Assembly (NCBI GenBank): GCA_965226055.1
Contig: CBDDCA010000006.1
Coordinates: forward strand, 64,001-128,000
Origin: Spirochaetia bacterium
GTDB taxonomy: Bacteria; Spirochaetota; Spirochaetia; WTKD01; G963693115
Direction of reading: 5' to 3'
Length of the DNA: 64,000 nucleotides
Translations under genes and position numbers: made by a program
In this document: piece after piece, positions 10,617 to 20,433 of the stretch
Layout of the letters: every line of letters starts with the position of its first letter
How positions within the stretch are numbered: position 1 is the stretch's first letter
The notes under the pieces: model-generated
Databases searched by the model: none
Told to the model about the DNA's origin: nothing
Seen by the model: only the letters and a program-made list of their open reading frames with translations

Positions 10617-12101
10617 CTATGATATTAAACGCATAAATTCTTCTTGATCAAAATCAGCTCTTTCTCGCTCTGCAACAATACATCCTTTCTTACACAACAG
10701 CACTCTATGGGACATTGCCAATATCTCTGGAAGTTCAGAAGAGACCATAATAATACCTCTTTCATCCTCAATATATTTATTCATAAATTGATATATTTCA
10801 TGCTTTGCTCCTATATCAATACCACGTGTAGGTTCGTCTAATAAGAGCACAGAAGGGCTTGTTAGTACCCATTTTCCTATTACTACTTTCTGCTGATTAC
10901 CTCCACTCAGACTGTTTGTTGCCTGTGCTTGAGACCTTGCTTTTATATTAAAGGCATTCATTGTTGCAGTAACTTTTTGTCTTTCTTCAAAACGCTTTAT
11001 AAATCCTCCAAAAGAAAGAGAAGGAAGAGAAGAAAGAGTGAGATTGCTACGAATGGGATGATCTATGATAAGCCCCATTTCTTTTCTATCTTCAACGACA
11101 AAACCAAGTCCAGATGATAATGCCCTTGCTGGAGTACTACAATCTATTTCTTTTCCTTTAAGCAATACAGAGCCTTCATCAAACTTCTCTATCCCAAATA
11201 GCATTTTGAGAAGCGTGCTTCGACCAGACCCCATCAGTCCAAATATACCAAGTATTTCTTTTTTATGGAGCGTAAAACTAGTGTGAGTAAAGCGTTGCTT
11301 TTTTGAAATAGTTACAACATCCAATAGAGGACTTTTTTTTTGCAAAGGCTTTGGAGGAACAAAATATGAGCTACTTATCTTTTGTCCTATCATATTGTAC
11401 ACAAGCTCATCAGAGGAAAGATCAGCAAGATGAGTGCTTATAATATGATGTCCATCCCTTAAAACAGTAACATCATCAGCTATGGTGTATATCTCATTCA
11501 TTCTATGAGATATATATATTATAGTTCTATCCTCTTGTTTTAATTTACGTATGATAGCAAATAATCTCTGTGTTTCTTGTTCTCCAATGGCCGATGTTGG
11601 CTCATCCATTATTATGACTTCAGAATTATACGAAATTGCTTTGACAATTTCTATCAGCTGTATTTGCGCAATACTCAACTCGCGTAGCTTTTTTGAGACA
11701 TCAAAATCTAAATCAAAATAGGAAAGTGCTTTTTTTGCTTTTGCATACATTAGCTTTCTGTTAAGAAAACCCATTGTAGCAGGTTCTCTTCCTAAGAAGA
11801 TATTTTCTGCTATAGTCATGTCAAGCAGAGGATTAAGCTCTTGTGCTATTGTTGCTATACCCCCATACAAAGCATCATGGGGCGAGTTCCATTGTATTAC
11901 TGTATCATCAAGAAGAATCTTTCCATCATATTTTTTTATCTCTCCACTTAAAATTTTCATAAGGGTAGATTTTCCTGCCCCATTCTCTCCACACAGTGCA
12001 TGAACAGATCCTTTCGCAACAGTAAAGGAAACATCACTTAATGCTTGTATGCCTCCAAAACTTTTAGAAACATGCTGTATTTGAAGAGCATTTTTATTCA
12101 T
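10617..12101 (-). CDS. Sugar/polyol ABC transporter ATP-binding protein (RbsA family)
   Basis: [38 protein letters not shown]. Confidence 0.92.
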   Translation of the reverse strand: MNKNALQIQHVSKSFGGIQALSDVSFTVAKGSVHALCGENGAGKSTLMKILSGEIKKYDGKILLDDTVIQWNSPHDALYGGIATIAQELNPLLDMTIAENIFLGREPATMGFLNRKLMYAKAKKALSYFDLDFDVSKKLRELSIAQIQLIEIVKAISYNSEVIIMDEPTSAIGEQETQRLFAIIRKLKQEDRTIIYISHRMNEIYTIADDVTVLRDGHHIISTHLADLSSDELVYNMIGQKISSSYFVPPKPLQKKSPLLDVVTISKKQRFTHTSFTLHKKEILGIFGLMGSGRSTLLKMLFGIEKFDEGSVLLKGKEIDCSTPARALSSGLGFVVEDRKEMGLIIDHPIRSNLTLSSLPSLSFGGFIKRFEERQKVTATMNAFNIKARSQAQATNSLSGGNQQKVVIGKWVLTSPSVLLLDEPTRGIDIGAKHEIYQFMNKYIEDERGIIMVSSELPEILAMSHRVLLCKKGCIVAERERADFDQEEFMRLIS

Positions 12102-12874
12102 TATTGAATTGAATATCCACCATCAATAAGTATATTTTCACCGTGTACCATATCAGATGCAGCACTGGATAAAAACATAACTGTTGCAGCAATTTCTTCT
12201 GGAAAAGCAAAACGTTTGGTAGGTATTTTTTTCTTCATATCTTCTCCTACTTTTCCTGCCCATGCTTTTTTGCCTAGTTCAGTTAACACCACAGTAGGAG
12301 ATACTGCATTGATATTAATATTATATTTTCCCCATTCAAGAGCCATCACCTTTGTCATAGAAATAATACCAGCCTTGCTTACACAATATGCTACATGTTT
12401 ATCTAATGCTATAACCCCTGCCTGCGATGCAATATTTACTATTTTTCCTTTTTTTCTTTGTATCATTTCTGGAACAAAGGCCTGAGTTACAAAAAAAGCT
12501 GCACTGAGATTTACTGCAAGTGTCGCATCCCAATGCTCCTTAGCAAGCGTTTCTGCTTTTTCTAACACGGCAATACCTGCATTGTTGACAACAATATCCA
12601 CTTGAGGAAAAGCATGCAATGCTGCTTCTTTCATCTGCAAAAGAGAATGAGTATCGGTAATGTCACATTCAATACCAGTAGTTTTTATTTTATATTTTTT
12701 TGCAAGAGTATTTGCTTTCTCTCCTATATCTGTACTTTTATCAACAAGTATAATGTTGGCTTTGCTTTGTGCAAACATTTCTGCTATTGCATACCCTATA
12801 CCTGTAGCTGCCCCAGTAATAAGAACAGTCTGCTTTGAAAAATTATATGTTATGTTATATTGCTTATCTGCCAT
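12101..12874 (-). CDS. Short-chain dehydrogenase, GolD/DthD (polyol, D-threitol dehydrogenase)-like
   Basis: TGAATGIG, NNAG, ASQAG, YCVSK (YxxxK), SPTVVLTELGKKAW, DGGYSIQ. Confidence 0.8.
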   Translation of the reverse strand: MADKQYNITYNFSKQTVLITGAATGIGYAIAEMFAQSKANIILVDKSTDIGEKANTLAKKYKIKTTGIECDITDTHSLLQMKEAALHAFPQVDIVVNNAGIAVLEKAETLAKEHWDATLAVNLSAAFFVTQAFVPEMIQRKKGKIVNIASQAGVIALDKHVAYCVSKAGIISMTKVMALEWGKYNININAVSPTVVLTELGKKAWAGKVGEDMKKKIPTKRFAFPEEIAATVMFLSSAASDMVHGENILIDGGYSIQ

Positions 12875-13005
12875 GGTTGACTCCTATAACTACAATTTTA
12901 TAAATGAGATTGTATTTTCCATTACATACAACAGCAATACTTTCATTCATTTACTTAAATAGTAGCATACTCATATAAGAATATCAAGTATAGTGGAAAT
13001 TCGAG

Positions 13006-13111
13006 CACGAGTTCAAATATTAAATGCGACAGAGGAGCAAAAAAAGAGCAAGCAAAAATAAAAAAGGAGAAAAATTAGCTTTTGATGTGGCTTTTAGTTC
13101 TTAAATCTGCA
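13006..13111. mobile_element. 106-bp non-autonomous MITE derived from the IS30 element at 23935..25015
   Basis: Left end cacgagttcaaatattaaatgcgaca (24/26 to the IS left IR) plus ~40 nt matching the IS leader (gaggagcaaaaaaag...aaaaaggaga). Right end tgtggcttttagttcttaaatctgca (21/26 to the IS right IR). Confidence 0.85.
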
Positions 13112-13128
13112 AATAAGGAGTATATTGC

Positions 13129-13854
13129 TTACTTTAATGTAAAAAGTACTTGTACAGATACCTTTATATTTGCAGAATCCTGTATAGTAGAGTTTGTCAT
13201 CCTTGCAGAAGATTCAAAGCTATCGGAAAACATCATGCCTTTTCTCTCGTAAGGAATTTGATTTTCGGGGTATAGCTCTTCAATATAAGACACTGCTTGT
13301 ATGCTACGATCAGATGCCATAGCAAGTACTTCTGCTTTTTCCTGTGCCTGCTGTAGAGCAAGCTTTAATGCAGTATTATAGTACTTTTTATCAGTAGAAG
13401 GAAGGTACTCTATCGAATTTATCTCCTCAATAGAACTCTTAGTAAGAGCAGCAAGTACCTCTGAGTAATCATCAATATCTTCTAGCTTAAGAACAACACT
13501 ATCTCTTGCTCTAAAACCAGAAAATTTTCTTTCATCTTTTTCATATATATATTCTGGATAGAGCGTAGAGTTTTCAGTAATAAGTTGTGTTTTTTTGATA
13601 TTGAAATTGAATTTTAATAATGACGCAATGGTATTGATAACCTTGTTGTTTCTTTTTTGGGCATTACTGCCACTTTTTTCTAAACTTGTCACTGCAAAAC
13701 GTATTGCAATATATTCTACAGGCACACTTACCTTTCCTTCGCCATACACAAGGATACTATCCTGATTATCCATAGAATAACTTTGTGTAAAAACAACAGG
13801 GCTTACCAAAAACAACACTACACATACAACATTAAAGATATAGACTTTATTCAT
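13129..13854 (-). CDS. SIMPL domain (DUF541) periplasmic protein
   Basis: Signal peptide; V.GEGKVSV, A...AQEKAEVLA, V.VSVQV.F pattern. Confidence 0.8.
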   Translation of the reverse strand: MNKVYIFNVVCVVLFLVSPVVFTQSYSMDNQDSILVYGEGKVSVPVEYIAIRFAVTSLEKSGSNAQKRNNKVINTIASLLKFNFNIKKTQLITENSTLYPEYIYEKDERKFSGFRARDSVVLKLEDIDDYSEVLAALTKSSIEEINSIEYLPSTDKKYYNTALKLALQQAQEKAEVLAMASDRSIQAVSYIEELYPENQIPYERKGMMFSDSFESSARMTNSTIQDSANIKVSVQVLFTLK

Positions 13855-14168
13855 ATAACTAGTATATCATAAAAACTACTTGAAATACAAATAGCAACAA
13901 AAAAGTGTATCTATGAGCTCATTTTCTTGAAATGACTAAGAAATATTCCCCTATTACAACATTATATGCTCAAAAAATAGCATAATTATGTTTCATTTTG
14001 CTTCATCCTGTTCGGACTCTCTTTATAAGAGTTTCATAATTACTCATATACAATCTTTTCTATTTTTTTGTGAGTAATAAATAGCCATCTTTCTTGTACC
14101 TCTCTATAACAAGAAAAATAAATTATTATATAACAAAGATTTAGCATATAATTCTCATAGTCAAAAAA

Positions 14169-14185
14169 TTGGCACGCAAATTGCA
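14169..14185 (+). promoter_or_regulatory. Sigma54 (RpoN) -24/-12 promoter for hsp20
   Basis: tTGGCACgcaaaTTGCA matches TGGCAC-N5-TTGC(A/T) exactly, 55 nt upstream of the hsp20 ATG; RBS aaggagg follows. Confidence 0.85.
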
Positions 14186-14240
14186 TATATAAAGTGTATG
14201 GTAAACATACAAAAATAAATAATAATAAAAGGAGGCTTAT

Positions 14241-14651
14241 ATGAGCTACCACACTAATTTCTTACATACCCTATATGGAACAGGAGAACCATGTTGTGAA
14301 ATAGGACAACATCCTATTCACAGATTTCTCCGTTGTTGCAATATGGAAAATGACAGTAATACCATTGTCAATACAGACAATGAGTATGTTGTATCACTTG
14401 ATGTTCCAGGAGTTTCGAAAGAAAACCTAGAAATAAAGGTAGACGATAGAGTGCTTACTGTAAAAACTCAGTATGAAAATAAAGAGGAACATAGCAGTGA
14501 GCAAAGGAAGTACATGTACTCTATCAAAATTCCTGAAGACAGCGATACAGAAAACATTGACATTGTGCTTAATCAAGGCGTGTTAAAAATAACAATGCCT
14601 AAAAATGAAAAAGCAAAACCTAAACTTCTTGAAATAAAAGAAGTCGCATAA
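14241..14651 (+). CDS. Hsp20/alpha-crystallin small heat-shock protein
   Basis: LDVPGVSKENLEI, LNQGVLKITMPK, C-terminal LEI motif. Confidence 0.88.
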   Translation: MSYHTNFLHTLYGTGEPCCEIGQHPIHRFLRCCNMENDSNTIVNTDNEYVVSLDVPGVSKENLEIKVDDRVLTVKTQYENKEEHSSEQRKYMYSIKIPEDSDTENIDIVLNQGVLKITMPKNEKAKPKLLEIKEVA

Positions 14652-14686
14652 TACCTCCTAGTACGATACATTTTGTACTACTCTCT

Positions 14687-14710
14687 GGGACAGCTTTTGC
14701 TGTCCCTTTT
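14687..14710 (+). terminator. Intrinsic terminator of hsp20
   Basis: gggacagc-tttt-gctgtccc followed by tttt. Confidence 0.8.
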
Positions 14711-14730
14711 ATTTCATAGTTCACTATATA

Positions 14731-15609
14731 CTAACAGACTAATTTATATGTTGGGGATGTTTTCCAAATGCCTACTAGCCCTTCTGTGTCATGTAAAGAA
14801 ACAAAATCAGCTTGTGTGTGCCTAATCTCTGTAAATACAATATCAGGCATCACTCCCATACTCACTTTTTTTCGCACAATAGCTTCATCTGTATAGCAAC
14901 GTTTCAGTATATGTATTCTTTCTAGTGCTACATCGGGACTCATTACACAGGGACATTCCACTTGCAGAGACTGTATTGAATATAAGGCACATGACTCTTG
15001 TAATGAAATATCAGCAATGCTCCCTCTCTCAAGTCCAGATAGGTATGCTACCGAATTACAGCACTGTGCTATATCACGTGCAAGAGAACGGACATAGGTA
15101 CCACTTGAAACATGCAGAAACAATGTAAGCACAGGAGCTTCATACTTGATAATTGAATAAGAAAAAATATTCACCTCACGTGGAGCTACTTCAAACTGCT
15201 CTCCTCTTCTTGCTCTTTTAGATGCCCGTTCCCCATGTATATGCACAGCAGAATACTGTGGAGGACTTTGTAAAATAGTGCCAGTAAAATGGAGGGAAAG
15301 AGCTTTTTCAATATCTTTTAACTGAGGAACAGAGGCTTCTGCTATGACAGTTCCTTCGGGATCTAAGGTATCTGTAGTTTTTCCAAAACAAATTTCTGCA
15401 ACATATGTTTTAGGCAATCTAAGAAAAAATTGGCTTAATCGTGTAGCTTTATTAAGCAGAACAATGAGTAACCCTGATGCAAATTTATCTAAAGTACCAC
15501 AATGCCCAATTTTCTTACATTGCACACTTTTTTGTACTTGTTTAATTGCTGTATGAGAGGTAATGCCTTTTGGTTTATTGAGTAACAAAACAAGAGGATG
15601 AGAAAGCAT
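14731..15609 (-). CDS. truB: tRNA pseudouridine(55) synthase
   Basis: NKPKGITS, GHCGTLDKFASGLL, K.Y, TDTLD.EG, PP.YSA, SGTYVRSLARD. Confidence 0.93.
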   Translation of the reverse strand: MLSHPLVLLLNKPKGITSHTAIKQVQKSVQCKKIGHCGTLDKFASGLLIVLLNKATRLSQFFLRLPKTYVAEICFGKTTDTLDPEGTVIAEASVPQLKDIEKALSLHFTGTILQSPPQYSAVHIHGERASKRARRGEQFEVAPREVNIFSYSIIKYEAPVLTLFLHVSSGTYVRSLARDIAQCCNSVAYLSGLERGSIADISLQESCALYSIQSLQVECPCVMSPDVALERIHILKRCYTDEAIVRKKVSMGVMPDIVFTEIRHTQADFVSLHDTEGLVGIWKTSPTYKLVC

Positions 15610-16052
15610 TATTCTGTCTTTTGTGTATCTATTTCTTGTGTATTTATCTCTTGTGTATCTGTCTCATTTGTGCTTTCTTTTTCTGTTTCTGGTACTTTTT
15701 CTGTTACTGTTTCAAGGGTTTGAATTGTATCTAATACAGTATTTGCTTTTATAAGTACATCAGTTGCCTTAAAAAACAGCTTGGGAGTGTATTTCCATGT
15801 ATGCTTTTTTGCTATAGTGTGTTGTATAAAACCGCGTGCATGATTTAATATATCAGCATTCTGTTGTATTTTTTCTAGTTCAAAATACGCTGATACATAT
15901 ACAGCACAAGAGGTTAAATCTTTACTGAGTGTGGCTTGTACCACAGATATTCTATGCGACAAACGAGGATCTTTTATTTTACCAGTAATGATAAGAAAAT
16001 TAATTTCCTCAAGTAAAATCTGTTGCATCCGTTCAACTTTATGGGTAAACAT
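15609..16052 (-). CDS. rbfA: Ribosome-binding factor A with acidic repetitive tail
   Basis: IKDPRL, LSKDL, A.GFI, YTPKL.F. Start placed at the ATG at 16052 (ggag RBS) rather than 16094. TAATG overlap with truB. Confidence 0.85.
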   Translation of the reverse strand: MFTHKVERMQQILLEEINFLIITGKIKDPRLSHRISVVQATLSKDLTSCAVYVSAYFELEKIQQNADILNHARGFIQHTIAKKHTWKYTPKLFFKATDVLIKANTVLDTIQTLETVTEKVPETEKESTNETDTQEINTQEIDTQKTE

Positions 16053-16124
16053 AAAAACTCCTGTGTTCCCTTGTATAGTTTTTTGTATATACAATAATAA
16101 TCAATAATAAAACATTAGCTTCGC

Positions 16125-18506
16125 CTAAAGAGTACGAGCTATAGTGATTTCCTTAAACACCTTTATCGTATCTCCAACCTTAAAATCATTAAAGCTATCA
16201 ATACCTATACCACACTCAAAGCCCTTATCAACACTACTGACATCATCTTTGAGACGTTTTAATGATGATATATTTCCAGAAAATATGTTTGCATTATCTC
16301 TAAATACCTTTGCTATAGCATTACGTTCTACCACTCCACTTAGTACCTTAGAACCAGCAATAGTACCAATTTTAGAAATCTTAAATATATCTAATACTTC
16401 AATTTCAGCAATTTCTTCTTCTTTTATTTCTGGGCGTAATAATGAGTTTAATTTTTCGGTAGCTTTTTCTATAATAGTAAAAATAATACTGTGACGATCA
16501 ATAGTCACTTTTTCTTGTAATGCAAGATGAGAGATTTTACTATTTGGTCTAATATTAAAAGCAATAATATCAGCATGACTTGTAGAGGCAAGCATAATAT
16601 CACTTTCATTGATCTGACCAGTCGATGATTGAATAACCTTTACTTTTACTTCATCATTTCCTAAAAGGGATAAAGCACTCTGAATTGCTTCAACCGAGCT
16701 ATATACATCCCCTTTAATAAGTACATTATAGTATTCTACCTTATCTGCTTCAATCGTAGAATATAAATTATCGGTGGTAACTTTGGTAACATTTTCACTT
16801 GCGGTATGCCTATCTAACTCCTGCCTATTTATTGATACTTGCTTTGCTACTTTTTCACTCTCAGTAACTTGAAAAGGATCTCCTGCAGAAGGAGCTTCTT
16901 CTACTCCAATAAGCTCAACAGAAACACCAGCAAAACATTCTTTAACACTATTTCCTAGATCATCATAAATAGCTCTCACTTTTCCATTATAAATACCAGC
17001 AACAAAAGGATCGCCTACCCGTAATATTCCATTTTGAACAAGCACTGTTAATACAATACCTCTCCCTTTTTCGATTCTAGATTCTAAAATAGTACCTTTT
17101 GCTTTTGCTTTGTTGCTTGCTTTTAAGTCTAACATTTCAGACTGCAATAGTACCTGTTCAAACAAATCATCAATACCAGTATTCTTTAATGCAGAAATTC
17201 GGCACACAGGAATATCTCCTCCCCATTCTTCGGGAAGCAAATTATGCTCACTTAGCTCTTGTAAAATCTTCTCTTCATTGATATCAGGCAAGTCCATTTT
17301 ATTTAAGGCAACAACAATGGGAATCTTTGCTTCTAACGCTAAACGAATAGATTCTTCGGTCTGAGGCTTAATTCCATCGTTAGCCGCTATCACCAGTACA
17401 ATAATATCGGTAATAGAAGCTCCTCTGGAGCGAATCTTAGAAAAAGCAAAGTGGCCTGGAGTGTCAAGTACGGTAACAACCGAATCTTTCACTTTCACTT
17501 GATATGCACCAATATGCTGAGTGATACTTCCATGTTCATTTTCAACTACATTGCTCCCACGTAACAAATCAAGCAAAGTTGTCTTTCCATGATCAACATG
17601 TCCCATAATAGTAATTACAGGAGAACGAGATATTATAACATCATCTTTTATTTCAGTCTCTTCAATAATTGTCTGTTCATATAAAGAAATAAGCTCAACT
17701 TCACATTCATATTCTGCAGCAAGCAACTGTGCTGTCTCATAATCTATGGCAGAGTTAATAGTAGACATAGTACCTAAAGACATAAGTTTTGTAAGAAGAT
17801 CCGATGATTTTAGATTCATTTTCTTTGCAAGCTCTGCAATAGTTATCGTTTCCATTATCTTTATTTTTTTAGGAACAGGGTTTAGCTGATGCACTGTTTT
17901 TTTGCTTACAAACTTAATCTGCTTTTCTTTGTCTTGCTTCTTTTTACTAATAAAAACTCTCTTTCTGGTAGTTTTATAGCTCTTTTTACTAGCATTTGAT
18001 GAAGCAAAACTTTTTTGTTGCGACTCTTGAGAGGCAAACTGTGTACCAGAAGGACTTGTGCTTGATCCTTTATTCTGATTTACAGAAACAGTTTCTCTTG
18101 AAGCATTCTGACGACTCGTTCTTGGTGTCCTAGTTTTTTGCTTCTCTTCTTCAATTTTTTTCTGTTCCTCTTTTGCTTTCTTTTTAGTACTTGTACGTAG
18201 ATCAGTAACTCCAACAGTATCAGGTAATATTTTCTCTCCATATAAAGATTTAACTACATTACTATTTCTAGGATTAGGACTTACTGAGGTACTGTCTGAT
18301 GACTTATGTGTCTCAGGGACACTCTGAGATTTAGAAGATTTTTTCAGTGTTATCTTCAGCTTTTTTTTAGTATCTTTTTCTTCAGAATTATTTGTAGGTA
18401 TAGCAGTAGCAGGTTTATGTATGAGCTTTGACTTTACATTCCTTTTCTCTATAGTATTTTCCGAAGTATTTTCTGATGTAGTGCCAGTATCTTTGTTATT
18501 TGACAT
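16125..18506 (-). CDS. infB: Translation initiation factor IF-2
   Basis: MGHVDHGKTTLLD, ITQHIGAYQV, DTPGH, NKMD, SLKR.KDDV, ECGI. Confidence 0.97.
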   Translation of the reverse strand: MSNNKDTGTTSENTSENTIEKRNVKSKLIHKPATAIPTNNSEEKDTKKKLKITLKKSSKSQSVPETHKSSDSTSVSPNPRNSNVVKSLYGEKILPDTVGVTDLRTSTKKKAKEEQKKIEEEKQKTRTPRTSRQNASRETVSVNQNKGSSTSPSGTQFASQESQQKSFASSNASKKSYKTTRKRVFISKKKQDKEKQIKFVSKKTVHQLNPVPKKIKIMETITIAELAKKMNLKSSDLLTKLMSLGTMSTINSAIDYETAQLLAAEYECEVELISLYEQTIIEETEIKDDVIISRSPVITIMGHVDHGKTTLLDLLRGSNVVENEHGSITQHIGAYQVKVKDSVVTVLDTPGHFAFSKIRSRGASITDIIVLVIAANDGIKPQTEESIRLALEAKIPIVVALNKMDLPDINEEKILQELSEHNLLPEEWGGDIPVCRISALKNTGIDDLFEQVLLQSEMLDLKASNKAKAKGTILESRIEKGRGIVLTVLVQNGILRVGDPFVAGIYNGKVRAIYDDLGNSVKECFAGVSVELIGVEEAPSAGDPFQVTESEKVAKQVSINRQELDRHTASENVTKVTTDNLYSTIEADKVEYYNVLIKGDVYSSVEAIQSALSLLGNDEVKVKVIQSSTGQINESDIMLASTSHADIIAFNIRPNSKISHLALQEKVTIDRHSIIFTIIEKATEKLNSLLRPEIKEEEIAEIEVLDIFKISKIGTIAGSKVLSGVVERNAIAKVFRDNANIFSGNISSLKRLKDDVSSVDKGFECGIGIDSFNDFKVGDTIKVFKEITIARTL

Positions 18507-18670
18507 ATAGTAATGATTATACTATGTATTGATAAAAGTGTACACTAGCCTACAGCAAGTGCAGAATCTGAGAATACCCCATAGCTTGATGTACAGCTTG
18601 ATATACAGCCTAATATATATCTTGTATACACAAGACTATGAATAGTCCGTGTCAATCCAATAGTGCCGTG

Positions 18671-20278
18671 CTACTCTTCTTCAACTTGTATTTTTTCTTT
18701 TATTGTGCTTTCTATAAGAGCAATTTCATCTTCTGTCAATGCATCGATTGTATGCAATAAATTATCAGAATATTTTTCTACTAAATCATATAGATTTGAA
18801 AAACCAGCTTGCTTTAGCTTTTCTTCTATCGTTGCATCTAATTCCAATACTTCTATTGATAATTCATCAGCATTATAGTCATCATCACTCTGTGTAGCCT
18901 CTGACTCAGGAGCATAATTCGCTTGATTCTGGGTAGCATCATCTGTAGTATCCGTTGTAGCTTCTTTTGTAGTATTGCTAGCCAATGCTCCTGATTCATC
19001 TTCAACAAAATCTTCTAAACTCACTTTTACCATCTGTATATCTTCATTACTAAGCCCATATCTTTTGAGATCATCATCACTTTGTTTTAATAAATCTTCA
19101 ATAAATATAATATTATGGTCTTGGAGTTTACTTACAACAGTAGTATTAAGAGTAGTAAGTTCTGCTACCTTATCAATATCAACTTCTTCAGAATCAACTG
19201 TAGTGTCAGGAAGAATTTTTACAAAATCATCAGAGCTTTGCATTTCCTTAAACTGCTCTACAGTTTTTACATTAATTTGCCAATTAGTCAATCTATTAGC
19301 AAGGCGAATATTAAGCCCTAACTTTCCTATTGCAATAGAAAAATCTTCTTCATCCACCACTGCAATAGCAGTTCTTTTTGCATAATCTGTTATAATCACT
19401 TGTTTTACTTCTGCAGGAGAAAGAGAATGATAAATGTATTTCAAAGGTTCTGGATCATACTTTAATATGTCAACTCTTTCTCCATCTAACTCTAGGGTAA
19501 CATTGTTAATTCTCACCCCTTTTGCACCAATACAGGTCCCTACAGGATCAATTTCAGAATGGGTAGAGTGAACCGCAATTTTAGTACGATACCCTGGTTC
19601 ACGAACAATATTGATAATCTCAATACTTCTATCATATAGTTCAGGAACTTCAAGCTCAAATATCTTTTTTACAAAATCTTTATGACTTCGTGTTAAAACA
19701 ATATCAACCCGAGAACCACGATGTTTTACTTCATGAATCAACGCTTTAATACGTACCCCTGGTCCAAAAGAATCACGTGGAGATTGAAATTTTTTAGGCA
19801 ATATTCCTTCTGCTTTGCCTAAATCTACAATAACATTATTTTTTTGTTCACGAACATAATACCCTATCACTATTTCACCTTGCTTATTATTGTACTCAGA
19901 AAAAAGCGTATCTCCTTCAAAATTCTGTAATAGTACATGAGCTTTTTGGCTGGCAGCAAGAATTTCTGTTCTTGAAAACTCATCAGGCTTCACTTCTTCT
20001 AGTAACTGATCTCCGACAACACAATCAGGTTGCAATAATCTAGCGTCCTCTAATGATATCTCTCTTATCGTATCTTGAGGTTGCTCTACAATCAATTTCT
20101 TTGCATACAAAGTTACTTCTGACATTTCATCGTTAATATCTACCACAGCATGATCATCAGTACCAAACTTTTTTTTGAAAGCAGCTTTGAGAAAACTATC
20201 AATAACAACACGAATAAGATCATCCGTGAGACCACTATTTGTTTTTAATTCTTGTATGATACTTGCTAATTGTGACAT
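18671..20278 (-). CDS. nusA: Transcription termination/antitermination factor NusA with two acidic C-terminal repeat domains
   Basis: S1 and KH domains (FELEVPE, REPGYRTKIAV, DPVGTCIG, AIGKLGLNIRLA) plus a long acidic extension. Confidence 0.95.
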   Translation of the reverse strand: MSQLASIIQELKTNSGLTDDLIRVVIDSFLKAAFKKKFGTDDHAVVDINDEMSEVTLYAKKLIVEQPQDTIREISLEDARLLQPDCVVGDQLLEEVKPDEFSRTEILAASQKAHVLLQNFEGDTLFSEYNNKQGEIVIGYYVREQKNNVIVDLGKAEGILPKKFQSPRDSFGPGVRIKALIHEVKHRGSRVDIVLTRSHKDFVKKIFELEVPELYDRSIEIINIVREPGYRTKIAVHSTHSEIDPVGTCIGAKGVRINNVTLELDGERVDILKYDPEPLKYIYHSLSPAEVKQVIITDYAKRTAIAVVDEEDFSIAIGKLGLNIRLANRLTNWQINVKTVEQFKEMQSSDDFVKILPDTTVDSEEVDIDKVAELTTLNTTVVSKLQDHNIIFIEDLLKQSDDDLKRYGLSNEDIQMVKVSLEDFVEDESGALASNTTKEATTDTTDDATQNQANYAPESEATQSDDDYNADELSIEVLELDATIEEKLKQAGFSNLYDLVEKYSDNLLHTIDALTEDEIALIESTIKEKIQVEEE

Positions 20279-20351
20279 AATTGTAACCTTTTCTTTAGAA
20301 ACACATTGTGTTTACTCCATTATATACAACATAGTAAAAGACTGTTAGTAC

Positions 20352-20425
20352 TGGGTAGTACTGGACTTGAACCAGCGACCTCTTGCATGTCAAGCAAGCA
20401 CTCTAACCAACTGAGCTAACCACCC
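20352..20425 (-). tRNA. tRNA-Val (GAC)
   Basis: gggtggttagctcagttggttagagtgcttgctt-GAC-atgcaagaggtcgctggttcaagtccagtactaccca; cloverleaf, CCA not encoded. Confidence 0.95.
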
Positions 20426-20433
20426 TTCTCCTT

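Noticed and set aside
15609-15680. 15-bp repeats in the RbfA tail (ETDTQ-EINTQ-EIDTQ)
   Set aside because: Low-complexity acidic tails are common in RbfA.
18583-18618. Three degenerate 12-bp tandem units (agcttgatgtac-like) between nusA and infB
   Set aside because: Short and degenerate with no other copies seen; probably slippage.
20346-20364. tagtactgg repeated at the tRNA-Val 3' end, as a possible att site
   Set aside because: Only 9 bp and adjacent, with no integrase or island between the copies.
14731-20425. No rimP before nusA and no ribF/rpsO after truB
   Set aside because: Rearrangement of this operon is common and the genes may lie elsewhere; loss cannot be judged from one window.
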